Below, piece by piece: positions 1 through 13,366 of a stretch of 64,000 nt of DNA. The stretch's first letter is position 1. Each line of letters opens with the position of its first letter. A program made the position numbers and the translations under genes. The DNA lies in NCBI GenBank assembly GCA_000004695.1, contig CM000154.2, positions 3,808,001-3,872,000 on the forward strand, in the 5' to 3' direction. Source of the DNA: Dictyostelium discoideum. Its lineage: Eukaryota. The notes under the pieces are model-generated. The model did not search any database. It saw nothing but the letters and a program-made list of their open reading frames with translations, and was not told the origin of the DNA.

Positions 1-1568
<1,568 letters not shown>

Positions 1569-1655
1569 TAATAAAAGTAACCAAGGAATAAATCTATATT
1601 ATTTAAAAAAAAAAAAAAAAAAAAAGATAATAGTTTTTATTTTATTTTATTTAAT

Positions 1656-3671
1656 TTAATCAAAATAAGGTTGATTTAAAAATTGAATTTCAAATATTGG
1701 TTGAGTTAATAGAGTTTCAAATAAAATGATTTCATTATCACCTTGATGTAATAAAACAGAGGAGATATAAATTGTTCTTTGAGGACCAACATTCCAATAT
1801 CTACCAACATTATAACCATTTACAAATAGTTGACCTTTTCCTAAACCTGTAAATGATAAAAAAGTATCACCAATATCATTTGTAGAGTTTAAAGAAAGTG
1901 TTGCTTGATAAAAAGTTGGAGTATTTGAAAGGGTATAATCTTTGATTTGTTCCCAATTATTAATATTTGATAAAGTTTTATTTGTTAATGGTAATGGATA
2001 ATTATTCCAAGGTCCTAGATATTGTTGACCAGATAAAACACCACCTGATAATAAACCTTTTCTATCATTTAAATAAGGACCAAAATTGACTCTACCTTGG
2101 TTCTCTAATAAAATTCTTAGATTGAAATTACCATCATCAGTGACATTGGATGGATAAGTAATTTCAATTGAGGAATTGAATGGTCTTTGAAGGAAAACAG
2201 CTTGACCAATTGTTTGAGTATCTTCAATAGCTTCATCATTTATGAAAATTGTTGCACGATCGTGCAACTCTGTGATTGACAATTGACTACTTTGAGCGAT
2301 ATTCATTGTGGTTTCATACAAAACGAAACCAGTGGATTGTTGTAATTGTTCCATTGGTATTGGAGCACCAGTTTGAAGTTGTTGTTGATTTGAGTTGACT
2401 AAATTAGCCAAGTTATTGAATAAACTTGTTGCTTGAGTGATTTGTATTGTACCATAGGCAACCTTTGTACTATTTGAAGGTATTGGTGGTAAAGTACTAT
2501 TTGAATTGGTGGTTGGTTTAATATACTTTTCAATTACATTCTTTATTGCAAAATATTTTTCAGTTGTATCACCACTTTCAGACAATGGTGAATCATAATC
2601 ATAGGATTGAATGGTAATTTCAAAGTTGGTAGTTGGTGAGTTTGAATTTGCACCATTCATAAAACCAGCATTACTACCACCGAAAAACATATACATATTT
2701 ACACTTGCATTCAATGATAGAATATCATCCAAACCTTGAGCCACTACACTTGCATCGGTTCTAGCTGCAGAAGCATCACCCCAATTAGTGATCCAACCAG
2801 TGTAATATTCAGAATTCATTGGTGGAGTTGGTTTTGATGCAAAAGTTTGTTGAATTTTAAAATTGTCTTGAATTTGCTCGATTGGCATTGGACCGAAATC
2901 AACAGTTTGATAAACACCTTCCAATTTTGAACCGAATAGCATTTGAGCGGAAGGACCATCAGTTGAATGGAATAGCACACCAGAACCATTGCCATCACCT
3001 TGACCAAGATATTTTTGAAGTAGTGTTAACAATGTCTCCAAATAACTTTTATCTTCACCATAGGAACCGTATTCATTCTCGACTTGTACCATTATAATTG
3101 GACCACCATTGGTGAATAGTAAAGGCTCTAGCAATGGCAATAATCTCGACCAATAGGCAATGACAGCTGAAATGAATACAGAATCACTACTTCTTAATGC
3201 AATTGGTTGTTGCTCTAAAATCCAATATGGGAAACCACCCAATTCCCATTCAGCACATGAATATGGACCAGGTCTAAGAATTACATTTAGTCCAATTTGT
3301 TGTGCTTGTCTTAAAAATTCTATTAAATCATTAGTTGCCACTAATTCTGTATTGAAACCATTTGGTTGATGTACATTCCATGGTATATAAGTTTGAATTG
3401 TATTTAAACCACATGCTTTCATCTTTGTTAATCTATCCACCCATAATTCTGGTAAACATCTAAAATAATGAAATGATCCACTAATAATTTGATATTGATT
3501 TAAACTACCACCATTACCTTGATTATTCATTAAAAAATTACCATTTTCAATATAAAATGAATTGGTTGGTTGTTCACTATCAATACCACCAACTTTTGGT
3601 TGTTCTTTTATTTTTAAACAATAATTTAAATTAATAAATAATAAAAAAAATATCAATACAATTAATTTCAT
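1656..3671 (-). CDS. beta-galactosidase, glycoside hydrolase family 35, with N-terminal signal peptide
   Basis: 671-aa single-exon ORF. N-terminus MKLIVLIFFLLFINLNYC is signal-peptide-like. GH35 hallmarks include GGPIIMVQVENEYGSYG (catalytic acid/base region) and NTELVATNDLIEFLRQAQQIGLNVILRPGPY. Overall GLB1-like architecture. Confidence 0.9.
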   Translation of the reverse strand: MKLIVLIFFLLFINLNYCLKIKEQPKVGGIDSEQPTNSFYIENGNFLMNNQGNGGSLNQYQIISGSFHYFRCLPELWVDRLTKMKACGLNTIQTYIPWNVHQPNGFNTELVATNDLIEFLRQAQQIGLNVILRPGPYSCAEWELGGFPYWILEQQPIALRSSDSVFISAVIAYWSRLLPLLEPLLFTNGGPIIMVQVENEYGSYGEDKSYLETLLTLLQKYLGQGDGNGSGVLFHSTDGPSAQMLFGSKLEGVYQTVDFGPMPIEQIQDNFKIQQTFASKPTPPMNSEYYTGWITNWGDASAARTDASVVAQGLDDILSLNASVNMYMFFGGSNAGFMNGANSNSPTTNFEITIQSYDYDSPLSESGDTTEKYFAIKNVIEKYIKPTTNSNSTLPPIPSNSTKVAYGTIQITQATSLFNNLANLVNSNQQQLQTGAPIPMEQLQQSTGFVLYETTMNIAQSSQLSITELHDRATIFINDEAIEDTQTIGQAVFLQRPFNSSIEITYPSNVTDDGNFNLRILLENQGRVNFGPYLNDRKGLLSGGVLSGQQYLGPWNNYPLPLTNKTLSNINNWEQIKDYTLSNTPTFYQATLSLNSTNDIGDTFLSFTGLGKGQLFVNGYNVGRYWNVGPQRTIYISSVLLHQGDNEIILFETLLTQPIFEIQFLNQPYFD

Positions 3672-4013
3672 TATTTATTTCATTTAATTAAATTATTTTA
3701 AAAAAAAAAAAAAAATGAAAAAAATAAATAAATTAACTTAACCACTCTATAGCCAAAAAAAAAAAAAAAAAAAAAAAAACAAAAAAAATAAAAAAATAAA
3801 AAAAAAATCTAAAAAAAAAATAAAAAAAAAATAAAAAAAAAAAAAAAATCAAGAAAAATGGGGAAAAGACATATGTCCAAAATAAAAAAAAAACAATTTT
3901 ATTTAAAATAATCTATTAATAAAACTGAATTTAAAAATAAAAAAATTAATTAATTAAAGAAACAAAAAGGTTTCTTTTTTTTTTTTTAAAGTTTTTTATT
4001 TTTTTATAGTTTT

Positions 4014-4048
<35 letters not shown>

Positions 4049-4158
4049 TTTTAGTTTTATTTTATTTTTAATTTTAATTTTAAAATTTTAAAATATATAT
4101 ATATATTAATTAAAATAAATAAATGAATTTTAAAAAAAAAAAAAAAAAAAAAATTATT

Positions 4159-5047
4159 TTAATTATTACCACTAATATCAGGTGTATTAATAATATTAAC
4201 ATTTTTAATTTGAAATAAGTTTGTTAAAATTTCAAATTCTTGATTAATTAAATTTCTACCATGATAAAGATAATTTGTAATATTTTTTAAAAGTACAGAT
4301 GCTGGACGACGAATGAATGGTAATAAACCAATCAAAGTTAAATTTTTAGTTCTCTTATAAGTTCCAAACATTAGGAAATAGATGCCATTCCTTCTAACGA
4401 AAATCATTCTCTCTATTAATATTTGAACTTTTCTTTTCTTTCTTTTTTTCACTATATCCTCTGCTATCGAGTTTGTAGTTTGGTCGTGAATATATGCTAT
4501 TGAGGAGGATGTTGTGGTGGTTGAAGTGGATGATGACTGTGACATTGCAGAGATGGAGGATGACGATGATTGTGTGTCACTTATTAGGGTTTGCGCAATG
4601 GTTTGTTCATCTTGTAATTGCTGTTGTTGTTGTGGTGGTGGTGGTTGGTTGCTGTTCCAATTGGTGAACACTTCAAAGATTCTTTCAAATGTTTGTTCAA
4701 AATCTTCACTTTGACTCTTTGAACAGTGAAGTAGTACATTCAATTTCAATTTTATATACTTTTTAAATGCATAACTACACTGTAACATTTCAATCTCTTC
4801 ATCGATTGAAAATGGATTTATCTCTTTTACAACTTTACAATTAACCTTGTCATACTTTGAATTGGGTTTAAATCCATTATTGAATATCTTATTCTCAAGT
4901 TCAATCTTTGGATATGATTTACATGTATCTCCAAATTCTTTTGATGCTTTATCTAATTTTAATAATAAATCTTGAAATATTTCACTTTTAACTCCATTAT
5001 TATTATAATTATTATTATTATTTAAAAAATTATTATTATTATTACAT

Positions 5048-5083
<36 letters not shown>

Positions 5084-5253
5084 GTTGAATTATTATTATT
5101 ATTGTTATTATTATTATTATTATTATTAATATTTTGTACAATTTTTGTGGTGTTATTACTACTTTCATCAACTTCCATCATCATGGTTTGTTCTTGAAAA
5201 TTACCATCATTAATAATAATATTATTATTTTCAATATTATCAAATTCTATCAT
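4159..5253 (-). CDS. hypothetical Asn/Gln/Ser-rich protein with basic KKRKKRK patch (NLS-like)
   Basis: 364-aa ORF. Low-complexity N/Q/S tracts typical of Dictyostelium. The C-terminal ~120 aa is non-repetitive (…KKRKKRKVQILIERMIFVRRNGIYFLMFGTYKRTKNL…). No family recognised. Confidence 0.4.
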
Positions 5254-5822
5254 TTTTTTTTTTTTTTTTTATTTTTTATTTTTTATTTATTTTTTTATTA
5301 TTATTACTTATTTTTTTATATGTGTGAATTGGTTGGTTTGGTTTAATAAAAAAAAAAAAAGAAAAAAAAAAAAAGTGTGTGTGAAGTGTGTAAAGGCTAA
5401 AAATTAATTTTTTTTTTTTATTTTTTTATAATATTATTTTTTTTTTTTTTTTTATTTTTATGTGTTTAATTGGTTGTCTACTAAATTCTATAAATAAAAA
5501 AAAAAAAAAAAAAAAGTGATGACTTTTAATATTAAAAAAAAAAAAAATAAAAAAAAATAAATAATATAAAAAATAAAAAAAATAAAAAAAAGAAAAAAAA
5601 ATATTAAAAAAAAAAAAATAAAAAAGTAAAATAATTAATTAAAACTCAGAGATAAAATCTGGTTTTTTTTTTTTTTTTATTTTTTTTTATTTTTTTTTAT
5701 TTTTTTTTTTTTTTTTTTTTTTTTTTGAAATTAAATTAATTTGTAACTTGTAAAAAGGGCAAATCGGTGAGTTTTTTTTTTTTTTTTTTTTTCAAGTCTG
5801 ATGTTTAAAAAATAAAATTTAG

Positions 5823-5870
5823 AAATATTATTAGTATTACATAAAATTTTATGTAATACTAATAATATTT
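5823..5870. repeat. perfect 48-bp palindrome (24-bp arms, no spacer) in divergent intergenic/promoter region
   Basis: aaatattattagtattacataaaa|ttttatgtaatactaataatattt. The right arm is the exact reverse complement of the left arm. It lies between the start of the minus-strand gene 4159..5253 and the plus-strand arv1 start. Confidence 0.85.
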
Positions 5871-5940
5871 TGGTTATAAACAAAAATTTTTAAATTTATG
5901 GAAAATAAAAAAAAAAAAAAAAAAATGGTGTTTAAAAATT

Positions 5941-5943
<3 letters not shown>

Positions 5944-6029
<86 letters not shown>
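5944..6029. repeat. (AAT)n microsatellite, intergenic
   Basis: Uninterrupted aat repeats of about 86 bp. Confidence 0.9.
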
Positions 6030-6031
<2 letters not shown>

Positions 6032-6109
6032 GAACACAAATTGCAATGGTGGGTTATTAAGGTGTGGCCAAGTTGGTATCAGAGTTTTTATTTTTTTTTT
6101 TTGTTTGAT

Positions 6110-6140
<31 letters not shown>

Positions 6141-6529
6141 TAAAAAAATATTAAAAAAAGTCAGTTATAACACTACAAACCCCCACAATTTTGAAAATCG
6201 TCCAAATTGAATTTGATTTTTATATGATTTTTTTTTATTTATCATATTTATTGATTGATTATGATATTAATTTTTATACTTGGTTTTTGTTTTACTTGTT
6301 TTTTGGGAACAAAAAAAAAAAAAAAAAAAATTGGAGAATGAATAAGATAAAACAAATCAAAAAAAAAAAAATAATTTTAATAATAATAATAATAAAAGAT
6401 TTGATAAAAATTAAGTAATCTAAATTTAAAAAAAGGAATTAAAATTAAAATTAAAATTAAAATTAAAAAAAAATTAAAAAAAATTAAAAAAAAAATTAAA
6501 AAAAAAAAAAAAATTGAAAAAAAATTTTT

Positions 6530-6563
<34 letters not shown>

Positions 6564-6761
6564 GTATTTTTTTTTTTTATCTCAATTTACTAATTTATTT
6601 AATCAATTTTTTTTTTTTTTTTTTTTTTATTTCAAAAATCAAATCTCGAAAAAAATAAAAACAAAATAAATTAGTAGAAAAAAAAAAAATTTTCATATCC
6701 CCCATCTGTTTATCTGTCTATCTATCTATCTAGATATATATATGACTTTTATTTTTCAAAA

Positions 6762-7796
6762 ATGATTTGCATTGAATGTGGAAGACCAGTAAATGATGTA
6801 TATAAAGAATTTGGTAAAGCGGGTAGTGGAAATATTAGATTAACTAGATGTGTATGTATATTTACACACGCATACACACATTTCTTGCCTGTCAATTATT
6901 AATAAAGGTGGTTTTTTTTTTTTTTTTTTTTATATTTTCATGATTATTTTTAATCAGGCTAGTTGTAATCAAACAGCAGATAAATATGTTGAATATGATT
7001 TCATCATTGTATTTTTAGATTTATTCCTTCACAAAGCTCAAGCATACAGACATTTACTTTTTAACAGACAACCATATAGAGACTTTGGTATACCAATTCA
7101 ATATATTAAAGTATTAGTTGTATATATATTTTTCGAATCATGTATGTAAAATATCATTATATAGATACAGATATATGTCCACATTTATTAAATTACTAAT
7201 ATATTGTGTAGATATTAAATGGTTAAGATTTAAAGAATATGAGCAACATCCATCAGGACCAGCATTTTATTATATTGATTGGCAAGATGATGTACCATAT
7301 GATAGATATTGGTTTATATTCGTAACGGCGATAGCAGAGTTTGCGGTTTATATATTATCAATTATACTTTCAGTTAGGTTCATTTATGAATCAAGATATC
7401 CAATTATAAAATATAATTATTTAATAATGGCTATTATTCTTTCAAGTTTTGGTAAAGGTTTTTTAGTTTTAATGATGATTTGGGATTACCCTTTTAGTTT
7501 TGGTTCAATTTTAAATATTTTTGTTTTATCTTCAAATGTTGTAGCTATAAAAGGTAAATTATTTTATTTTTATTTTTATTTTTATTTTTATTTCTAAAAA
7601 TGGTCATTTTTTAAAATTAGAATTCTCAAAAAAAAAAAAAAAAATTCTAATTTCTATTTTTACTTTTTTAGTGTTTTTAGATACTACGACATTTAAGGCA
7701 ATTTTTTTTGTGGTTTTTGGATTTTTAGGGAAATTATTATTTCAATCGATCATATATTTATTCGATGCTTCAATGTTGCTTCACTTAAGTTTTTAA
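6762..7796 (+). CDS. arv1: ARV1 homolog (sterol/lipid homeostasis ER membrane protein); 4 exons: join(6762..6851,6958..7141,7212..7553,7672..7796)
   Basis: Exon 1 MICIECGRPVNDVYKEFGKAGSGNIRLTRC is the Arv1 N-terminal zinc-ribbon; donor GTATGT at 6852. Exon 2 ASCNQTADKYVEYDFIIVFLDLFLHKAQAYRHLLFN matches human ARV1 [37 protein letters not shown]. Phase-1 donor GTATGT at 7142 and acceptor tgtgtag at 7211 give …KVLVVYIFFESYIKWLRF, which aligns with human KLCIFCLLCEAYLRWW. Exon 3 holds TM segments (…KYNYLIMAIILSSFGKGFLVLMMIWDY… ~ human KALLLSSYGKLLLIPAVIW); donor GTAAAT at 7554. Exon 4 gives the C-terminal TM VFLDTTTFKAIFFVVFGFLGKLLFQSIIYLF. All splice phases check out. Confidence 0.8.
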
Positions 7797-7832
7797 AAAT
7801 AGAAAAAAATAAAATAAAATAAAAAAAATAAA

Positions 7833-7864
<32 letters not shown>

Positions 7865-8024
7865 TAATAATAACAACTTTAAAGTGATGGGGATATTAAT
7901 TAAGTTTTTTATTTATTTTAAATAAATATATTTATCAAAGTCGCGTTATATTTGATTTTTTTTTTAATTTTTTTTTTTTTTTAATTTTTTAATTTTTTTT
8001 TTTTTTTTTTAAAAAAATTTTTAT

Positions 8025-8060
<36 letters not shown>

Positions 8061-8108
8061 TAGTTGTTGACCCAATTTTGTAAATAATTTATATATATAT
8101 ATAACATA

Positions 8109-8208
8109 ATGTCAAATTCAAAACCATTATCACTCACAGATGCCGTTACTACATGGTATATGAAAAAATTAAAGTCAAAGCCAATTCAAACAAAGGTAAA
8201 TATATATA

Positions 8209-8255
<47 letters not shown>

Positions 8256-8663
8256 GTATTACTGGCAAGAATAAAAGATTAGATTCTAAAACAACTTTTT
8301 TTTATTTTTTTTTATTTTTTTTATTTAGGCTCTTACTTCAGCAACACTTTCATTCATTAGCAGTGTTGTTGCACAAAAATTCATTGAAAAGAAAAAAATC
8401 AATTGGAATGCAGTTGTTAAATTCACCGTTTGGGGTTTAATTTCATCACCACTCGTTCACTACTGGCATATTATTCTCGATCGTCTTTTCAAGAATATTA
8501 AAGATAAATATCAATCATGGGGCAAAGTATGTATTTCAAATCTTTATTTTATTATTATTATTATTATTATTATTATCATTATTATTATACTAATGTACTT
8601 TTTTCTTTATTACACTTTAATAAAAAAACTATCAATCAACCCAAATACCAAATGAAATTTTTA

Positions 8664-8701
<38 letters not shown>

Positions 8702-9002
8702 ATTATATTAAAAAAAAAAAAAAAAAAAAAAGTTAATTGTTGATCAATTAGTATTTGCACCATTTATCAATATTGCATTCTATTCAGTATTAGCAATTTT
8801 AGATGGCAAACCAAAATCAATCCTCTTTAAATTATACTTTGATCTCTTCCCAACCTTGAAAGCAAGTTGGAAAGTTTGGCCATTAGCCCAACTCATTAAC
8901 TTTAGATTTGTTCCAAGTCACCTCCGTGTTCTCTTTGGTAACCTTGTTGGTTTCTGTTGGGGAATCTATTTATCAATCCTTGCTACTAAAAAGAGAAACT
9001 AA
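8109..9002 (+). CDS. Mpv17/PMP22-family (peroxisomal membrane protein 2-like) protein; 3 exons: join(8109..8195,8329..8526,8733..9002)
   Basis: Exon 1 MSNSKPLSLTDAVTTWYMKKLKSKPIQTK, donor GTAAAT. Exon 2 ALTSATLSFISSVVAQKF…WGLISSPLVHYWHIILDRLF…, donor GTATGT. Exon 3 LIVDQLVFAPFINIAFYSVLAILDGK…WKVWPLAQLINFRFVPSHLRVLFGNLVGFCWGIYLSIL is the Mpv17/PMP22 signature. Phases are consistent (87+198+270 nt). Confidence 0.8.
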
Positions 9003-9023
9003 ATTAATTAAAGTAGAAATATA

Positions 9024-9179
<156 letters not shown>

Positions 9180-9966
9180 TTCTGACCAAAAAATCTTTCA
9201 AATCCTTGAAAAAAAAAAGAAAAAAAAAAAAAAGAAAAAAAAAAACCTAAATAAAAAATAATATATTGTAATAATATATTGTAATTAAAATTTAATATGA
9301 TAATTAATTTTTATTATTATTATTATTATTATTTTTATTAAATAATTTTATTTAGTTTTAATACTAATGGACACTAGAATTTTTAATAAGTTATATATCA
9401 TTTCTATAATAAAAATGGCATAAAACTTTTTTAATCATTCTAATGTTCACTACTATTTAAACTAAATGAAATTGTATTTCCAAAAAAAAAAAAAAAAAAT
9501 AAATAAATAAAAAAATAAAAAATTTTTAAATTAAGTTTAAATAATAAACTTGAAATAAAAATAATTTTTAAAATAAAATAAAAATAAAAAATAAAAAAAT
9601 AAAAAAAATAAAAAATAAAATAATTATAAAAAAATTTAGATCGACGAAATTCCTGTTTTGAAGATAAAAAAAAAAAAAATAAAAATAAAAATAAAAAAAT
9701 AAAAATAAAAAATAAAAAAATTAAAAAATCTAAAAATAAATTAGATCCACAAAAATTAAAAAAATTAATTTTAAAAAAAAAAATTCTTTTTAGGGAAAGA
9801 TTAGATCAAAATTTCTTTAATCATTTTTTAATAAATAAATAAAATTTCAAACGAAACCCCCAAAGTTCGTCTATATTTCATTAAAATTTTAATTAAAAAC
9901 ACCTTGTTTTTCATATTTTTTTTTTCGAATTTTTTCATATTTTTTTTTTTTTTATTTTTAATTTTT

Positions 9967-10001
<35 letters not shown>

Positions 10002-10442
10002 CTCAGTTCACTTGCTAGATAAATAAACGTAAGCTATCTTTTTGTTTTTTTTTTTTTTTTCCTTCTTTATTGTTAATAAACAATTATACTTTATGTTTTT
10101 AAAAGTTTTTGTGCACATATATACATAATAAAAATTTATCATTATTTTTATTTTTTTTTTTTTTTTTTTTCTTTATTATAATTTAACACACACTTTTTGT
10201 CGTTATTGAACATATATATTTATTTTTTTTAAATTTTTTTTTTAATTTTATTTTTTCGTTATTCAGCCCGACCAAAATAAATTTTTAGTTTCAACAACAT
10301 ACATACATATATTTATATAAATATACATACTTATATATTCACACACACATATATACACATACTTCTATACATAGACACATACCTACATAAATAAATATAA
10401 TATAAATAAATACTTATAAATTCATAAATAAAAACAGAAAAA

Positions 10443-12972
10443 ATGTCATTTGTAGTAGGTTTTGATTTCGGAACAAAGAATTGCACTATTGCAGTTGCCC
10501 AAAAGGGTGGTGTAGATGTTATTGCCAACGAAGTTTCAAATCGTTTAACTCCATCAATGGTTTCATTTGGTGAAAAAGAGAGATACTTAGGTGAATCTGC
10601 TTTAACTAATGTGAGTATTTATATATATATTTAAATAAATATTTTATTATTATTTTTTTTTTTAAACAAATAAAAACAAAAAATAAAAAAAATAAAAAAA
10701 TTAAAAAATTAAAAAAAAAAAAAAAACGATAAAAAAATAAAAAAAAAATAAAAAAATAATATATTTACTAATTAAACATTTCTTTTTATTTATTTATTTA
10801 TTTATTTATTATTTTTTTTAGCAATTAAGAAATATTAGAAATACAATTACAAATATTAAAAGATTTATTGGACAAGAATTTAAAACAGATACAGTTCAAG
10901 AAGAATTAAAACATGAAATGTTTCAATCATACGAAATGGATAATGGATTTGTTGGATATAATGTAACATATGCAGGTGAACAATGTTCATTCTCAAGTGA
11001 AGCAATTTTGGGTATGTTATTTGGTAAATTAAAAAAGACCACAGAAGCATTTGTAAACAATCCAGTTCGTGATGTGGTAATCTCAGTACCAGTATTTTGG
11101 AATGATTATCAACGTCGTGCCATTTTAAATGCAGGTTCCATCGCAGGTTTAAATATCATTCGTTTAATCAATGAAACCACAGCAACAGCACTTTCATATG
11201 GTATCTACAAAGAATGGTCAGAAACTGACCCAACCAACGTTTTATTCGTTGATGTTGGTGATTCAGCCACTTCTGTCTCTGCCGTTCAATACAAAAAAGG
11301 TCAACTCAAAGTTTTAGGTACCGCTTCAAATCCAAACATTGGTTCAAGAGTTTTCGATGAAACACTCGTCAAACATTTCGCCAAAGAATTCCAAACCAAA
11401 TATAAGATCAACGTTTTCGAAAACAAAAAAGCACTCATTCGTTTAAGACAAGCCTGTGAAAAAGTAAAGAAAATCTTATCATCCAACAACGAAGCTCCAG
11501 TCTCAATCGATTCACTCATGGACGACAAGGATGTCAAGGGTATGATCGATAGAGCCACCTTTGAAGAATTGGCAAACGATGATATGAACACCATCGTCGA
11601 ACCACTCCAACGTTTATTATCAGAGTTACAAATGACTCCAGATCAATTCCAATCCATTGAAATCACTGGTGGTGGTACACGTTCTACCTCTCTCCAAAAG
11701 AAATTATCTGAAGTCCTCGGTAGAGATCTTAGCAAAACCATCAACTCTGAAGAATCAGTTTGTCGTGGTGCTGCTCTCCAATGTGCTATGTTATCACCAG
11801 TCTTTAGAGTACGTCCATTCGCTGTCAATGATGTTGCTTCCTATCCAGTCAGTGTTCACTTCAAATCCGTCTCTGGTGTTGAACAAAAATTAGATCTCTT
11901 CAACCTCAAGAGTGCTATCCCAACTCCAAAACCATTGAGAATCTCTTTCCCAGTCACCAAAGCTGAAGGTTTTGAAATCGTCGTCAACAGTACCTTTGGC
12001 ACCATTGCAACCGTTAAAGTTGATAACATCCCAGCTTTCACCAACAAATCATCCATCAAAGCAAAGGTTTGGTTAGATATTCACGGTATTTTCCACATTG
12101 ATGAAGTTAAATTAGTCGAACAAATTCCAGAAGAAGAAACAGCTGCTCCAGCCGAAACCCCAGCTGAAACTCCAGCCAATGGTGAAGCCGCAAAACCAGC
12201 CGAAGAAAAGAAAGTTAAAGTTAAGGAAACCTCTTTGGTTTTCACCACCTCAAGAAAAGGTTTAACCAATGAACTCTTAAAGGCTGCCATCGAAGAGGAA
12301 GGTCGTATGCAAGCTTCCGATCTTTTAGCCATTGAAACCGCCGAAAAGAAGAACGCCCTCGAAAGTTACATCTATGATATGCGTTCAAAATTACAATCAT
12401 CCCTCAAAGAATACGTCACCCCAGCCGATGCTGAAACCTTTATGACTCAATTAAACAAACAAATGGATTGGTTAGAAAGTGAAGAAGGTGAAGATCAAAC
12501 TAAATCTGTTTACGCTGGTAAACTCGAAGAACTCCGTCGTCTTGGTAATCCAATTCAAAAACGTAAACAAGACTTGGAAGATTATCCAGATGCTGTCCAA
12601 ACCCTTAAAAACATTGCTTCATACGTTAAAAACGAAGCTATGATTCCAGGTGAAAGATATGACCACATTGAAAAGGAAGAAAAAGAAAAACTTTGCAAAG
12701 ATTGTGATGATGCCGTCGAATGGATTGATGCTTTAGTTGCCAAACAACAAGCAACTCCAAAGACTCAACCATGTATTATCAATACCACTGAAGTACTCGC
12801 CAAAAAGACTCAATTAGAAGTTACCGCTAAAATGATCCTTGGTAAACCAAAACCAAAGCCAGTTGAAGTACCAAAGGAAGAACCAAAAGATACTCCAATG
12901 GAATCAAAAGACGCACCAGCTGAAGAACCAGTTGCAACTAAAGATCAAAAGATGGATGATATTTTAGATTAA
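10443..12972 (+). CDS. hspH: Hsp110-family heat shock protein (Hsp70 superfamily, Sse1/HSPH-type; Dictyostelium Hsp88-like), 772 aa; 2 exons: join(10443..10610,10822..12972)
   Basis: Exon 1 MSFVVGFDFGTKNCTIAVAQKGGVDVIANEVSNRLTPSMVSFGEKERYLGESALTN is the Hsp70 ATPase N-terminal motif; donor GTGAGT at 10611. Acceptor ttttttag at 10821. Exon 2 QLRNIRNTITNIKRFIG…DVVISVPVFWNDYQRRAILNAGSIAGLNIIRLINETTATALSYGI (Hsp70 connect/phosphate motifs), then an Hsp110-type extended acidic C-terminal region. Total 56+716 aa. Confidence 0.9.
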
Positions 12973-13075
12973 AAAAAAAAAAAAAAAATAAATTAAAAAA
13001 AAAAAAAAAAAACTTAAAAATTATATATATATATTAAAACAACAAATTATAATTTATTTATTTATTATTTTTATT

Positions 13076-13334
13076 TTATATTTTTATAATACCAATATTA
13101 TTAAAGAAATCAATTAAATTAAATAGATGATTCATTTCTGCATTACTAATTAAAAATTGTAATTCTTTTAATGTAAATAAACCACCACCATCACAATCAT
13201 TATTTGATTTTTGTTTCTTTATTATCAAAAATTTACTATAATTATAATAAATATGTTTAAATGATTTTAAATCCAAAACTAAACAAATTTGTTTAAAATT
13301 TTCAAAATATTCTTCTTTGTTGGTGTCATTGTTT

Positions 13335-13366
<32 letters not shown>

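Noticed and set aside
2816-3369. Small ORFs 2816..3007(-), 2882..3097(+), 3160..3369(+) inside the beta-galactosidase gene. Likewise 11301..12332 inside hspH, 13485..13670, 15702..15911, 16119..16538, 20556..20921, 20607..20846, 25735..25974, 26837..27064, 29372..29638, 31456..31662, 32506..32694, 43203..43424, 45061..45246, 46936..47157, 51658..51909
   Set aside because: These are alternative-frame or antisense ORFs nested in well-supported, homology-backed CDSs. They have no independent evidence.
8153-8711. ORFs 8153..8440 and 8517..8711 as separate genes
   Set aside because: They are intron/exon read-through frames of the Mpv17/PMP22-like gene. The proper spliced model joins 8109..8195, 8329..8526 and 8733..9002.
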